This document shows positions 26,010 through 38,720 of a stretch of DNA of 64,000 nucleotides, piece by piece; position 1 is the first letter of the stretch; every line of letters starts with the position of its first letter. Source of the DNA: Azolla caroliniana (Eukaryota; Plantae; Polypodiophyta); contig JBHGNT010000014.1 of NCBI GenBank assembly GCA_043228905.1, positions 8,556,001 to 8,620,000 on the forward strand, read 5' to 3'. Position numbers and translations under genes: made by a program. The notes under the pieces were generated by a model. The model saw nothing but the letters and a program-made list of their open reading frames with translations, was not told where the DNA came from and made no database searches.

Positions 26010-29000
26010 TGTCGTGAAGAAAACCGTCCCTTAGCGTAATTGGTGCATAGCGCGCGTGAACCGGCTCTTCACGCGTGCGCGCCCTTTAATGTATACAATA
26101 GAGAATTGGGTACAAAGGTATATCCTAGGTAGTTAGATTCGGTAGGTAGGAAGTTAATGAGGGAAACGGCTCCCCTCTTGAAGCTATAAAAGAGAGAGAG
26201 ATGCGGGGAGACAGGGCATTAATTTTTATTGAGGAGGACGAAGTGTTGTCGGACCGAAACCGAACGCTTCTCCTCTGTTCGTTCTCCATCGCTCTTCTCT
26301 ACAGGTTTTCGGGAGGCTCGCGTTGCTTCGAGGAACGCCCGTGTGCTTCCGGCAACACCTCCATCCTATCCCCTTTCGTGCGCAGACGAGCAGGCATCAA
26401 CATCTGTTCGCCGGCCTGTTCGGTTGTAACCGCTCGCGTGCTTTGTTGTTTATTTGTCATTCATTAATATACAAACATTCGTGTCTCTCTGTCTTTGTGT
26501 CCATCCGTGTCTTCTGCGTTGACAGGGCCGTGTCCCTGAGTTTCTTTGCTCATACGTAACCGAGCGTCTCTCTCTTTCTCTTTCCCCTTCTATCACCTGC
26601 TCTTTGGTTCAAGACCCTGGTGGTCCCGCCTCGTTCTCCACGCACGCGCGTAGTAACGCGACATCTTTGGTGAACCCGACGTGAACAAGGCGGCAAAGAA
26701 CCAAGAAGATAAGGACGGCATTCGGTTCCCAATCCGGTTCGGTGCGAAGGTCCTCAGCGAGCGACATCGAGGATATGCCCAGGTTAAATGCGAACTCTGG
26801 GGTATCGTTTCGGCGGTGAAGGCCGATAAAGACTATCTGATCGGGACAGAGGTGATTATCGAGATGGACTGCCTGCCGATTCTCGGCATGGTTTCCGGAT
26901 GCGCAACCCCGGACCTGGCAATGCTCAGGTGGATAGCGTACATCAAGTCCCTGGATCCGGAAATACGACACATTTCCGGGAGAGACAATGCCATGGCTGA
27001 CATGCTTTTGAGGGCGCGATTCGACGACGAGGGCGGCATGGTTTCGGAGGACGAGGAAGTCGGCGTGGACTTCTTCGAGGCGGCTTACGTAACAACCAAA
27101 GGGGGGAGCACTCCGGCGCTTAACGATTTCAACGAGAGCAAGTATGATGGGGAGTGGCTGCAGATTGGGGGATTCTTGAGGACGATGACGCCGGACGCGT
27201 CATGGACAAAGAACGAGGCCAACCGGATCCGAAGGAAAGCATACTGATTCTTTCTCCGGGACGGATACTTGTGGAAGCACCCGAAGAAGAGAAACGACAT
27301 CCCGCTCTGAGTAGTGGCGATGGAGGAGGAACAGGAGGAGTTGTTGAAGACCTACCACGACAGCCCCTGGGCTGGACACCGTGGGACGTGGGCCACGTTC
27401 GAGAAGCTAAAGGGGAAGTACTGGTGGCCGGGACTGTACCAGGACGTGCATCGGTTCGTGACAACTTGTGAGAGCTGTCAGATACACTCCATAGTCCGAC
27501 ATCGGGACGAGCTTCACCCTACATACCCTCCGGCCATCCACTTCAAATGGATGGTAGATTTGGTGACGATGCCGATGGGCGTAGGGCAGATGCGATATCT
27601 GGTACTGGCCCGGGAGGACCTGACGAACCAGGTGGAAGGCCGAGCCTTGTAGAACAAAACGACCGCGGCCGTGTGTCGGTTCTTGATCGAGGACGTGATA
27701 TGCCGGTACGGGTGCGTCAGGAAGATCGTGGCTGACCGCGGGGAGTTGGACGCCGAAGAGGCCGAGGAGCTGTTCGACCGGTTAGGGGTCAAGCTCTCGC
27801 TCACCACAGCGTACAATCCGGAGGCGAACGGGAAGGTGGAGCGCGGACACGGACCGATCGTCAAAGCGCTAGTCCAGGCGTGCGGAGGCCAGGTCGGGAA
27901 CTGGCCATGACTGTTACCTTATGCCTTGTGGGCGGACTGGACAACGCACAGTTCGGTAATCGGGTTCATGCCGTCAGAGCTCATGTTCGGACAGAAGCCG
28001 ATCATGCCGATGGAACGGACGATCTCCTCTTGGGCGACAGTGGACTGGAGAGACGAGATGAGCCGGGAAGAACTGCTAACGGCGCGTATACGGCAGCTCG
28101 AGCGGAGGCCAGAGGACGTGGAACGAGCGGCGGAGAGACTTCGGACGGCGAGGATGAGGAACAAAGCCCAGTTCGACCGAACGCACCGGCTCCGACCAAA
28201 GAAAATCGAGGAAGGCGACTGGGTGCTAGTCTACGACAACAGCCTCGACAACCAGCACCGGGCAACACGGAAGTGAGCAAAGCGGTGGTTCGGGCCTTAC
28301 GTGGTAACTAGCGCCAACGACAACGGGACGTATCACCTGGCGGAACTCGACGGTACGAGGATGGTGATACCGGTAGCAAGGAAGCGGATCAAAGCGTGCA
28401 AGAAGCGCCACGACGGCGAACCGGATCTAAGAGGCCTGGACAACGACGACGAACAGTCCGAAACGGAGGACGAACCGATGGACGAGGAACCGGAACCCGG
28501 ACCGGTTTTCTCCAACCAGAACCCAATTTTGGCGCATACCGGTGGATGCGCGGTTAGGTGGGGGCGGATGTCGTGAAGAAAACCGTCCCTTAGCGTAATC
28601 GGTGCATAGCGCGCATGAACTGGCTCTTCACGCGTGCGCGCCCTTTAATGTATACAATAGAGAATTGGGTACAAAGGTATATCCTAAGTAGTTAGATTCG
28701 GTAGGTAGGAAGTTAATGAGGGAAACGGCTCCCCTCTTGAAGCTATAAAAGAGAGGGAGACGCGGGGAGACAGGGCATTAATTTTTATTGAGGAGGACGA
28801 AGTGCTGTCGGACCGAAACCGAACGCTTCTCCTCTGTTCGTTCTCCATCGCTCTTCTCTACAGGTTTTCGGGAGGCTCGCGTTGCTTCAAGGAACGCCCG
28901 TGTGCTTCCGACAGCACCTCCATCCTATCCCCTTTCGTGCACAGACGAGCAGGCATCGGCATCTGTTCGCCGGCCTGTTAGGTTGTAACCGCTCCCGTGC

Positions 29001-29222
29001 TCTGTTGTTTATTTGTCATTCATTAATATACAAACATTCGTGTCTCTCTGTCTCTGTGTCCATTCGTGTCTTCTACGTTGACAGGGCCGTGTCCCTGAGT
29101 TTCTTTGCTCATACGTAACCGAGCGTCTCTCTCTTTCTCTTTCCCCTTCTATCACCTGCTCTTTGGTTCAAGACCCCGGTGGTCCCGCCTCGTTCTCCAC
29201 GCACGCGCGTAGCAACGCGACA
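26010..29222 (+). mobile_element. Ty3/Gypsy element lacking gag-PR-RT (654-bp LTRs 26010-26663 and 28569-29222)
   Basis: TG...CA LTRs with ~21 differences by eye; PBS TGGTGAACCCGACGTGA (tRNA-Trp complement); RNase H (IIEMDCLP...NAMADML); integrase HHCC (YHDSPWAGH...CESCQ), core and GPY/F motif with several stops; PPT GGTGGGGGCGGA; 4-bp TSD ACGT. Confidence 0.92.
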
Positions 29223-30745
29223 ACGTCTTGAGTAATTACATTAGATATGTCAATATATGATGTCCAAGATTTATCAATGACTATCGCATTTGGCCTTACC
29301 CTAGGCATCCTAGCAAATATGACTTTCAAGCAAGTTTCTAATGCCACTTGCTCATGATTTGAGCCCTTATCAAAACTACAAATCATATACCATAATGGGA
29401 TCCTTATTCCCATGGCATTTGGTGCAACAATTGCATATAATGGGAGGCGAAATTGATTAGTTTTAAATGTGGAGTCGATTGCCCAAGAGTTGTTTTGTGA
29501 CAATCGCTCACACATTTCCAACATCCATTTGGACCAGGCAAGTAGGGTTGGACATGTGCCACTTTGCCTAGATCTCAGAGTGCATAGGCATCTTGCATCA
29601 TCAAAGACCAATCAATTTCCGACAATGCACTACCTATTTTTAACGTATTGGCCATGTTATGTACCTCCTTTGGTATCATAAAGAAATTATCTAAAAATGA
29701 CAAGTTCTAATGGAGTAGCGTTGGACTTGTGATATGCTTCTTTTCGCATGCTCATTCGTGCAACATGCCTTGCACAATCAACATCAAAAAGGTCAACTTT
29801 ACAACATTCTATTACATTAGGATGGACCGACAAGTGGTACATGTCAAGTCTCGTTCCTAGGACATGACCTGAATGACATTCGTATACATAAATGCTCATG
29901 ATCCCATGTTTATCCCCTTCATTGACTTTTACATTCAAATGAAAACTACATCCAAAACGCTTTGAACCCTTGTGCAAGCGAGAGCATCCAACCACTCGTC
30001 TAGGCACACTTGCGCGATGACAATCATATCTAGTCACATGCTTGCCTTTCAAGACTCCTCTCTGCAAGCATGTATGATACTTGATTTGAATCTCTACCAA
30101 AGTATCATCTAACTTACTAGCTTCTACCTCTATCACTTTTGTGGGCATTGTTGTCTTATCATATATTACTTACACTTGTGCCTAACATGTCAATAGAATT
30201 CACCTTTTGTATTATCTGACATCCACATTGGTCAATTAGTGCTTTTATGTATGAACTAGCTATTCCATGATTGCGAAGATCCATGGCCCAATGTGTTTAT
30301 GGCGTAATATGCACAAACAAAAACTACAATATGCACAAGAATTTATAAAAGAGTGTTGCTTTGTATTGTGTAAAATACAATATATTGTGGGCAAAATTAC
30401 ATGCCGAAATTTACAATACCTACAAGAGAGTCGAAACAAGTTTGTTTACACACGCCATATGGCTTTGACAAATAGACCAATATTACGTCTCCAAGAAACA
30501 AGTGTGGCTTTTACAATAAAGCCAATTACAATACCGAGGGGTATCCTAACAACATGTACAAGCCATATAGAGGATGGCATAAAACAGGATGAGGTCACAA
30601 GTTCAGAAACCAAAAACACATCGTGCCCACTTAGCAAATGTAACGCGTAGAAGGTAGATGTCATCATCACCATACCAATGCTCAGACCCCTCCCAGATAG
30701 GATGTATAAGAACCAATAATCGAGGATGACTATAGAAAATGGAAA

Positions 30746-31453
30746 TTATAAGATACTTATAAAGTTCGGTGATTTGAGGCCATAAGCAAACTCTTCGACA
30801 AACATACGAACTGTTTGCATTACATAATATCCACAATCTGTTCCGTTGGCTTGAGTTGGGATATGGATTTCAGTATATCGGTTCTCAGGTATGATGTTAT
30901 GGTCTGCGACGGTGCTTGTGACTTTGGTTATAACCATTTTTGCCAAACTCTTCAATTCCCTAGTAGCAAGATTATTCATTGGGTCAATAAATACAACTGG
31001 ACTTATTACCTTGTCTGCATGTAAACTAGTTGGAGCATGTTGCATCGTTACCCAGAGGACCCAATGCCCTTCATGCACTATGGGTATGAATACAAAATCG
31101 CATTTGCACACTTGTCCAAGGATGTCGTTGGCCTTATTGGTTTGCTTGTATAGTTGGACCCAAAGTGGATAGACTATCCAATATCGGTCGGATATGTGTT
31201 GTGGTTGGGTGTATTCCATCCACGTATGGAAGACATTCATGGGCCATGTCGATGCCATCTCTCTGTGGGTGCACATTGATTGCAATTCGCCTTCCCCAAT
31301 GTAAATGGACAAATTCAACCTTCTACAAAAAAGTTGGAATTTGTTTTGCATCATAATATTACAACATGAGAATACCCTTTGAATCTTGATTGCTAGGACA
31401 CTAAACCAGAATGTACAACCAGAATACCTGGTGAATGCCTTTCCAATTGTCAT
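30746..31453 (-). CDS. Ulp1-like (C48 family) cysteine protease domain carried by the MULE, possibly pseudogenised
   Basis: DFVFIPIVHEGHWVL (His), VFIDPM (Asp) and IPTQANGTDCGYYVM (Gln/Cys) match the Ulp1 catalytic signature. Confidence 0.8.
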   Translation of the reverse strand: MTIGKAFTRYSGCTFWFSVLAIKIQRVFSCCNIMMQNKFQLFCRRLNLSIYIGEGELQSMCTHREMASTWPMNVFHTWMEYTQPQHISDRYWIVYPLWVQLYKQTNKANDILGQVCKCDFVFIPIVHEGHWVLWVTMQHAPTSLHADKVISPVVFIDPMNNLATRELKSLAKMVITKVTSTVADHNIIPENRYTEIHIPTQANGTDCGYYVMQTVRMFVEEFAYGLKSPNFISIL

Positions 31454-32630
31454 GGATAAGGATTTGATGACTTCCCTGTATGTGATCTAAATGTAGGCGG
31501 CATCTTCATAATCCTCCTCTGACTCAGATGGAATCCGTACCCATAAGGTCGCGTCTAACTTTGGCCGTCTCACTGGGATTTTGGGTCTACTCGGCGGGTA
31601 TGCTTCCAAGTTAAATTGTGTCTTATGCCCACTAGAAGTTGAGATGTTCCCATCTTCTTTGTCCATTTGCACCTTCTAAGCCCTACATTGTAAGGTATCA
31701 AATTGGCAACATATTATTAGTTCGATGAGTATTATTAAAAATACATAAACCCAAAATACAATACTTACATAAATATCGTAACCTTTTGCAATCTTGGCCT
31801 TAATCTTCTCTATCCACTTCTCTTTTGTAGAATTGTATTTCTCGATCTCGTGGCGTGTAAGGTTTTGTACAAATTCAGCCTCTATGCAGGATCGGACATC
31901 ATTAGGGATGCATTGTATTCCTCAAGTGCTTTTTGATTTATTGTTCTTAAGTGGGACAGACAAGCTCTATTATATTTTTTATCAACATTAAAAAAGCGCT
32001 TGATTGATCTCTCTCGTTCGTAGTTGCTAAAGTATCTAGGACTACCTTCCAATGCTTCCTCCTCTTCCACTATCTTCAACCCTCTTGGAAGCACGTTCCT
32101 AATGATGTGTTCCTTCAATAAATGTGCCTCTAGATCCAATTTATTATGAACATTTGATCCCCATCGGATCTCGAACATAATTGAACATTGGGTGGGTGTC
32201 AACTCCACCTAAATTCACAATGACTCCAATGTACAAGATGCATTACAAAAAAACATTTTGTATCAATTAGCCTTATCTAAACCCTTACCTGTTGGAGTTA
32301 CATCAACATCTATCGCATTTGTTGGCTCACAGTGGGTCTGTTGGCTCGCGATGTCTACACTTTCTAAAGCCCTTGCCCCTTCCATATTGTCTTGGGTCTC
32401 CATCCATCTTGAATTGTGGGTTTTTTTCCTCCTTCGTACATAAACCTTGTTGCCATTGCTGAATAGAACATCTTCATTAAAACCTTCGATGACTATAACA
32501 TATTTTATGAATGAATCTGAATAATACCTCTCCTCACTGATTTTTCTTTCACCCCAAAATCCATCCATGTGAAGTAATTATAAGGATTGAGCAGCCATCA
32601 ATCTGACAATGTTATATATTTGAAAGCTAA

Positions 32631-33171
32631 AAAGCTCATTCTGAAAGCAATTGAAGAATCGTGACATGAAATGTCTTATATTTAAAACAATCAGTGCAAG
32701 AAGCCACAAACAACAAAGCTCATAATGAAGCAAAAGCTATAGAATCATGCAACTTAGAAAGCTCATATCAGAGAATAGGTTATAAGAAGCCATACACAAC
32801 ATATTGATAAAGATAAAGTTGTAAATCACATGATGAAGAACTTTTCAATTAACGAATACCATATTGATGATATCGATAGAAGAACCTTCAAACATACTTG
32901 AAAGCTCATTCTGAAAGCAATTAAAGAATCGCGACATGAAATGTCTTATATTTAAAACAATCAGTGCAAGAAGCCACAAACAACAAAGCTCATAATGAAG
33001 CAAAAGATATAGAATCATTCAACTTAGAAAGAGCTCATATCAAAGAATAGGTTATGAGAAGCCCTACACAACATATTGATAAAGATTTAGTTGTAAATCA
33101 CATGATGAGGATCTTTTCAATTAACAAATATCATATTGATGGTACCGATGGAAGAACCTTCCAACATACAA
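32631..33171 (+). repeat. ~270-bp tandem repeat inside the MULE (third copy at ~41700-41980)
   Basis: AAGCTCATTCTGAAAGCAATT...GACATGAAATGTCTTATATTTAAAACAATCAGTGCAAGAAGCC is repeated. Confidence 0.8.
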
Positions 33172-35046
33172 ACATATTAATCGAGTGATGATATAAACCA
33201 TGTGTGGTCTTAAGGTGATTGAATGGCTCCCACACTTACCTTCTTGTCTTGCGATTTTTTAACTGATGAGTTGGGCTCTCCCAACATTGAGAAGTAAGGA
33301 TCTACCTCCCTATACAATGACCCAATCTTCGTTTCCATAGTGTGCTTGTGCTTGTGCTTGGCAATTGTTTAAGCATTTGTCTTGAAATGCACCTTATGCA
33401 TAGACACCCATATACTCAAGTTTTATTTACATTTTGTGGGGCGGGCAAGCTCAACCGGATCCGGATCGGCTGAATAAGCTTGAGTCGGATCGTATCCGGA
33501 AGGATGAGCCGGATTCAAATGTGAACCGGAAAGCTAGTAGTAGCCTATACGCGTCTAGACTACTAGGTAGTCAGAGTCCTCATAGTTAGTATCAGTCGCT
33601 CGTATGAGCATTGAAGTACATGGTACTTCTGTCAATCCTCCAAGGACTTGTATAAATAGTGATGTCAAGCACGTTGTATGTACAAAGAGTAACAGAGTAT
33701 TGTTACTTTTTTAATAGAGTTTATGTTCTGCTCTCTTTGTCTCTCCCACAGATATTCTCTGTGTTAAGGTTTCCATTAAACCTCCTCTCTTTTTCTGTTG
33801 TTATCCGACGGAGCCGGTTTTGTCAAACGCTTCCGCATGTTTACTTTCACATGGTATCAGAGCGCGAGGGTTGAGAACCTTTATAGACGACAGACACCTT
33901 CGAAGACAAACCCTAATTCCCAGTAAGGATAGATAAAGAAAGATATGGACAGAGGTATGACGAGTTCACTTCCCACATAGAAGCTCGACCGGAGCAACTA
34001 TGCGTCTTGGTCATATAAAATGCACCAGTACCTGCTGGGGCATGTATTTTGGAGCTACATGGAAGGAACCAACGAGGTAGCGTCGGAGCCGGCACACAAG
34101 GACTTCCCGGCATGGGAGCAAGGAACGAGCTGTGTACTGTATTGCCTCGTCTCTTGTGTGCACGACTAGATGATCGGCTACATCAAAGATGTTAAGACGC
34201 TGAAATAGGCCTGGGAGAATCTGAAGAAGATTTTCGCAACAAGTACCTCTACCCTGGAAGCTTCAGCTTTGGCAGGAACTGAACAATATCCAACAAAGGG
34301 ATACTTCAGTTACAAACTACACCGCGAAGATAAAGGAGATTTGTGACACATTAGGGTCCATTCAGGTCACAGTAGATGAGGAAGAAATGGTGCAAATCTG
34401 CTTCGGTGGTCTGGCTCAAAGGTATGGGCCTATCCAGACAGCTATCCTCACTCAGGAGAAGCCACTATCCTTCTTCGACTTGCAATCGATGCTGATGGTC
34501 GAAGAAAACCACGCAAGTGGGTCCAATCCCACTCAATCGGACAACCGGATGTTATACACAGAGGCGGATCGGCCCCATGGGCGTGGTGGACATGGTGTGT
34601 CGGTACACAATGGAGGCGGCCGCCAAGAGCAGGACCGAAGGCACAAGGATAGTGCTGACAGCAGTTCCGAACCCTCCACAAGCAGGGGGAGTCAAAGCAG
34701 CGTCGGAAACCAGCAAGGAAAAGCCGACACGGAATGCTAGTATTGTGGTAGAAAGGGCCACAGAGAAAGCGAGTGCTGGAAGAAGCGCGCCGACTCAGAT
34801 AAATCCCAGACAAGGGAACCGACAAAGCTCGCACTACGCCGAAGGATCGGAAGGATCCAGAACCGGGAAGACCAGTAAAGGGCCAGCCTTCGTGATGAAG
34901 CACAAGGCTAATTCGATGAGGAAGAATACTTCCAAATCGGAGGAAGTATGGTACGTTGATTCCGGGGCGTCTAACCATATGACAAGCCATGAAGAGTGGT
35001 TCTACTTTTTGGAGAAACCAGAACAACCGGGGATTGTCGAGACCGG

Positions 35047-35774
35047 TGTCGTGCCTTTCGGCTCCGGATCGTTGCGTGAGTCGGGTGGGAACCGCTGGGG
35101 TTTTGGACTAGGAAGAGGAGAGTTTTAAGGCTAATAAGAATATAAATATGTTGTAAGAAAGAGTTATAGCAAACTCGTGAATCCCACAAGTGTATTGTAT
35201 TAGATTAATCAATATGAATATAAGAATATAAACTTCGGTTGAAAGAGAATGATATAGAATTCTCGTGAATCCCACGAGTATAGTTTATTAATTGGTGTTT
35301 TTTAGAAACATATCCAGTTTCCAAATATTTTTCACACACAATTACATTGTGCTTCCCATCCTTATGTAGTGATGAGGAAGTCTTAGTAATCCATGCTTTT
35401 TCTCTAACTATAGACCCCATGCTTTTCCTATAGATAGACTATATGCTTTATCTAAAGTGATCATGCTTTTTTCTAACTTGTGCGTTTTTTATCATGCACG
35501 CTAGATGTGTATGTGTAGCTTTTTCTTTTGTTATGCGTTTTTCTAATGTTTATCCTAGCGTGAATTTACCTTTCTATGTGGGACATCTATGCTTTAACAC
35601 TAATGAAATGCTAGTGTAATGGTAAGACATTACATTATTAACATGGAGGTGCAAGGTTCGAATCTTGCCCTATGCATGTTCCATTTATTTTGCTATTTTC
35701 TTCTATTTCTTCATTTTTTATTGAATCTAATACTATATACGTTTTTCACGTAGTGTACAAAATACACTACGACA
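35047..35774. mobile_element. Solo LTR inserted in the Copia protease region
   Basis: TGTCGTG...CTACGACA termini; 4-bp TSD CCGG; removal restores the host frame PGIVETG-DDNPHPI. Confidence 0.85.
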
Positions 35775-38720
35775 CCGGAGACGACAACCCTCACCCAATT
35801 ATGCATGTCGAAGAAGTCCCTTTAAGCCATGACAGACAAAAGGGAAAGCTAATGAACGTATTACACGTTCTAACATTCACAAAGAACCTGGTATCGGTCA
35901 AACAAATCGTCAACCAGGGAATGCATGTGCGGTTTACGCACCTCGGGTGCTTCATCGAGGAAGAAGGCCGGATAATTGCGCGAGGGCGCAGAGAAGGGAG
36001 GATGTTCATCCTCAACACTAATGATGTCGACACCGCCATGTTTGCCGAAGGACAGAAGATTGAATCGGACATCGATCTCTTGCATAAGCAGATCGGCCAC
36101 GTCAACTACGGGAGGCTTCAAGATCTACAGTCGAAACAACTTGTGTTCAGATTGCGAAGTTTAGTGGCCGGAAGGCCCAAATATGTGAAGCCTGCCAACT
36201 CGGGAAGCAACATCGGCTTCCATTCCCCCACCGAACGAAACCGGAGCCGTAACAAGCTCGACTTAATCCATTCGGATGTATGGGGACCGGCACAAAATGT
36301 TAGTCTTGGGGGGAGTCGGTATTTCGTCTCCTTCATCGATGATTATAGCTGGCACACGTGGATCTACCTCATCGAGAAGAAAAGTGAAGTCTTCGACTGT
36401 CGAAAGGGAAACGGAGAGGAAGATAAAGTGCCTGTGGTCGGATGGGGGAAAAGAATACTTTTCCAGCCAATTCAACAGTTATTTGCAACAGAATGGAATT
36501 CGGAGAGAATTCAATTGTCGATACACACTGGAACAAAACGTTGTGGCCGAGATAAAGAACCAGTTCATTGTCGACGCAACAATGGCAATGCTAGAGGAGA
36601 AGAGCATGCCCAAGTTCTACTGGGTTGAGGTGGTTCAGACGGTCGTCTACATCCAAAACCGGATCGGTGACAAGGTGTTAGCACATGAGTTGTATTTCGG
36701 GCAAAAACCAAATTTGAGACACCTTCGGATATTTGGTAGCATAGCATATATGCATGTACTAGATGAGAAGCGGAGGAAGCTAGATCCGAAGTCAGAGAAG
36801 TGCATCCTAGTTGGTTACTCACATGAGCAGAAGGGGTATAAGTGATATAACCCCCAGACTAAGCAGGTCCGAGTAAGCTGAGATGTCGAGTTTGATGTGT
36901 CAGCATCATGGTACTCTCTACCGACTCCAACTTCCAACTCTGTCCCAATTCCGGAAGATGAGGTTTGCGGCCTCAAAGTCTGACTCTTCATTGTTCATCC
37001 GGAACGGTCTGGATAGTCCGATTTGCATTTTGCTTTATGTAGATGATTTAGTCATCACCGGACCCGGACTCGATGGAATTGGCCAAGTGAAGTCCTAGCT
37101 ATCAGGCGCATTTGAAATGAAGGACCTAGGGGAACTTCATTTCTTTCTTAGGATCGAGGTGATCTAGACCCCCGGCAACATATTTCTCTCACAACGACAT
37201 TATGTGTTGAATATGTTGTACAAGTTCGGCATGACTGAATGCCGCCCGATCTCTACACCCCTAGACCGGAACCTGAAGCTACGTCCCGACTCCGGTTCGG
37301 CCTGCAATGAGAAATGGTTCTGACAAATTGTCAGAAGTCTTGTATACTTGACGATCACCCGACCTGACATCAGTTATCCAGTTGGGGTTATCAGCCAGTT
37401 TATGCAGAAACCAACCGTGGTGCACCTTAAGTGCACGCATCGCCTATTCCGATACATGAGCAACACTAAGGACCGGGGACTGTTATACCAACACGGTATA
37501 GCTGTAGAGCTAGTCGGATACACAAATGTCGATTGGGCTGGTGATGCATTGGTCTGTTGATCCACCTCCAGCTTCATCTTTTCTCTTGGTAGTGCAGTTG
37601 TTGCTTGGAGCAACAAAAAGCAACCAACAGTGCCTCTGTCAAGCACTGAGGCTGAATACCGGGGCGCTACCATTTCCACCTGTGAAGCCATCTAGCTTCA
37701 ACAACTGCTGCGAGACCTCCGGATCAAGGTGCCGACCCCGATCCTAATCTACTGTGACAACATAAGCAACATCCAGCTCGCCAAGAATCTTGTATTCCAT
37801 GCTCGAACAAAGCACATAGAAGTGCATTATTGCTTTGTTCGTGAATGGATCCTGAGCGGTGACGTTGAACTTCGTTATGTTCACACGAATCGGCAAGTTT
37901 CCGACATCTTCACCAAGCCGCTCAGATCGGACAAGTTGCAACACTTTTCAGAGATGCTAGGCATTCAACATCTCGACGTGCCACACTTGAGGGGGAGAAC
38001 AGGAACGGGAACGGGAACGGGAATGAGTGGCATCGGACAAGGAGCCGAAGAGGAAGAAAGAACCAAGGGGGAAGATAAGTAAAAAAAGGAAGCCGAGCCG
38101 ACCAAAGGAGTCGACACATCCGAACAAGTCGGAGCAAGCGGCAGAGGCGGCAGAGTCAAGAAGGACAGAGCCGACCATAAGAAGAAGGCCAAGACCCGGA
38201 CATGGTCTGATATGGTGAAGGGCCTGAAAACTGGAGACGAGTTGGAGAACACCAACTTAGACAAGAGCCGGAACGAATCAGAAGCAACCGATTCGCACAA
38301 GAGCTGGAACGAATCGGAGACACCCGATTTGGTTCAACAGTTGGATTTGGAAGAGTCAGATCAATTAAAGGCCATGCGTACTAAGAGGCAGTGGAAGTCG
38401 ACGCCAACACGAAGGAACCGACGGGTCGACAAGCACCATAGTTGCGGCAGCGAAGAAGCTGACATGGGCCTACTGAGCAGACAAGCCAACCAAGGAGGTC
38501 TAGGTGCGCGGAACCGGACAGATTGCAAGAAGCGGAACCGAACCGGACAAGGTGCGTGAGCGAGGCGAGCGAGCGAGAGGAGCTGGAGAGGAGAACCAGC
38601 TATTGCAGACACTGACACCACGATCCGACCTCAAGATGAGCTTGAGGGGGAGTGTTGAGCGGGCAAGCTCAAACGGATCCAAATCGGCTGAATAAGCCTG
38701 AGCCGGATCATATCCGGAAG

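Larger units (their letters stand above)
23138..30148 (-). pseudogene. MULE transposase (WRKY/FAR1-like Zn finger, MULE DDE core, SWIM finger), interrupted by two LTR elements
   Basis: YDCHR...SKRFGCSFHL...HSGH; AIDSTFKTN; NAIVIDK; L*QFHANKSW; TTNLMERHW; SWIM CDCQTFANKCKH. Contains stops and frameshifts, plus insertions at 24462-25977 and 26010-29222. Confidence 0.85.
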
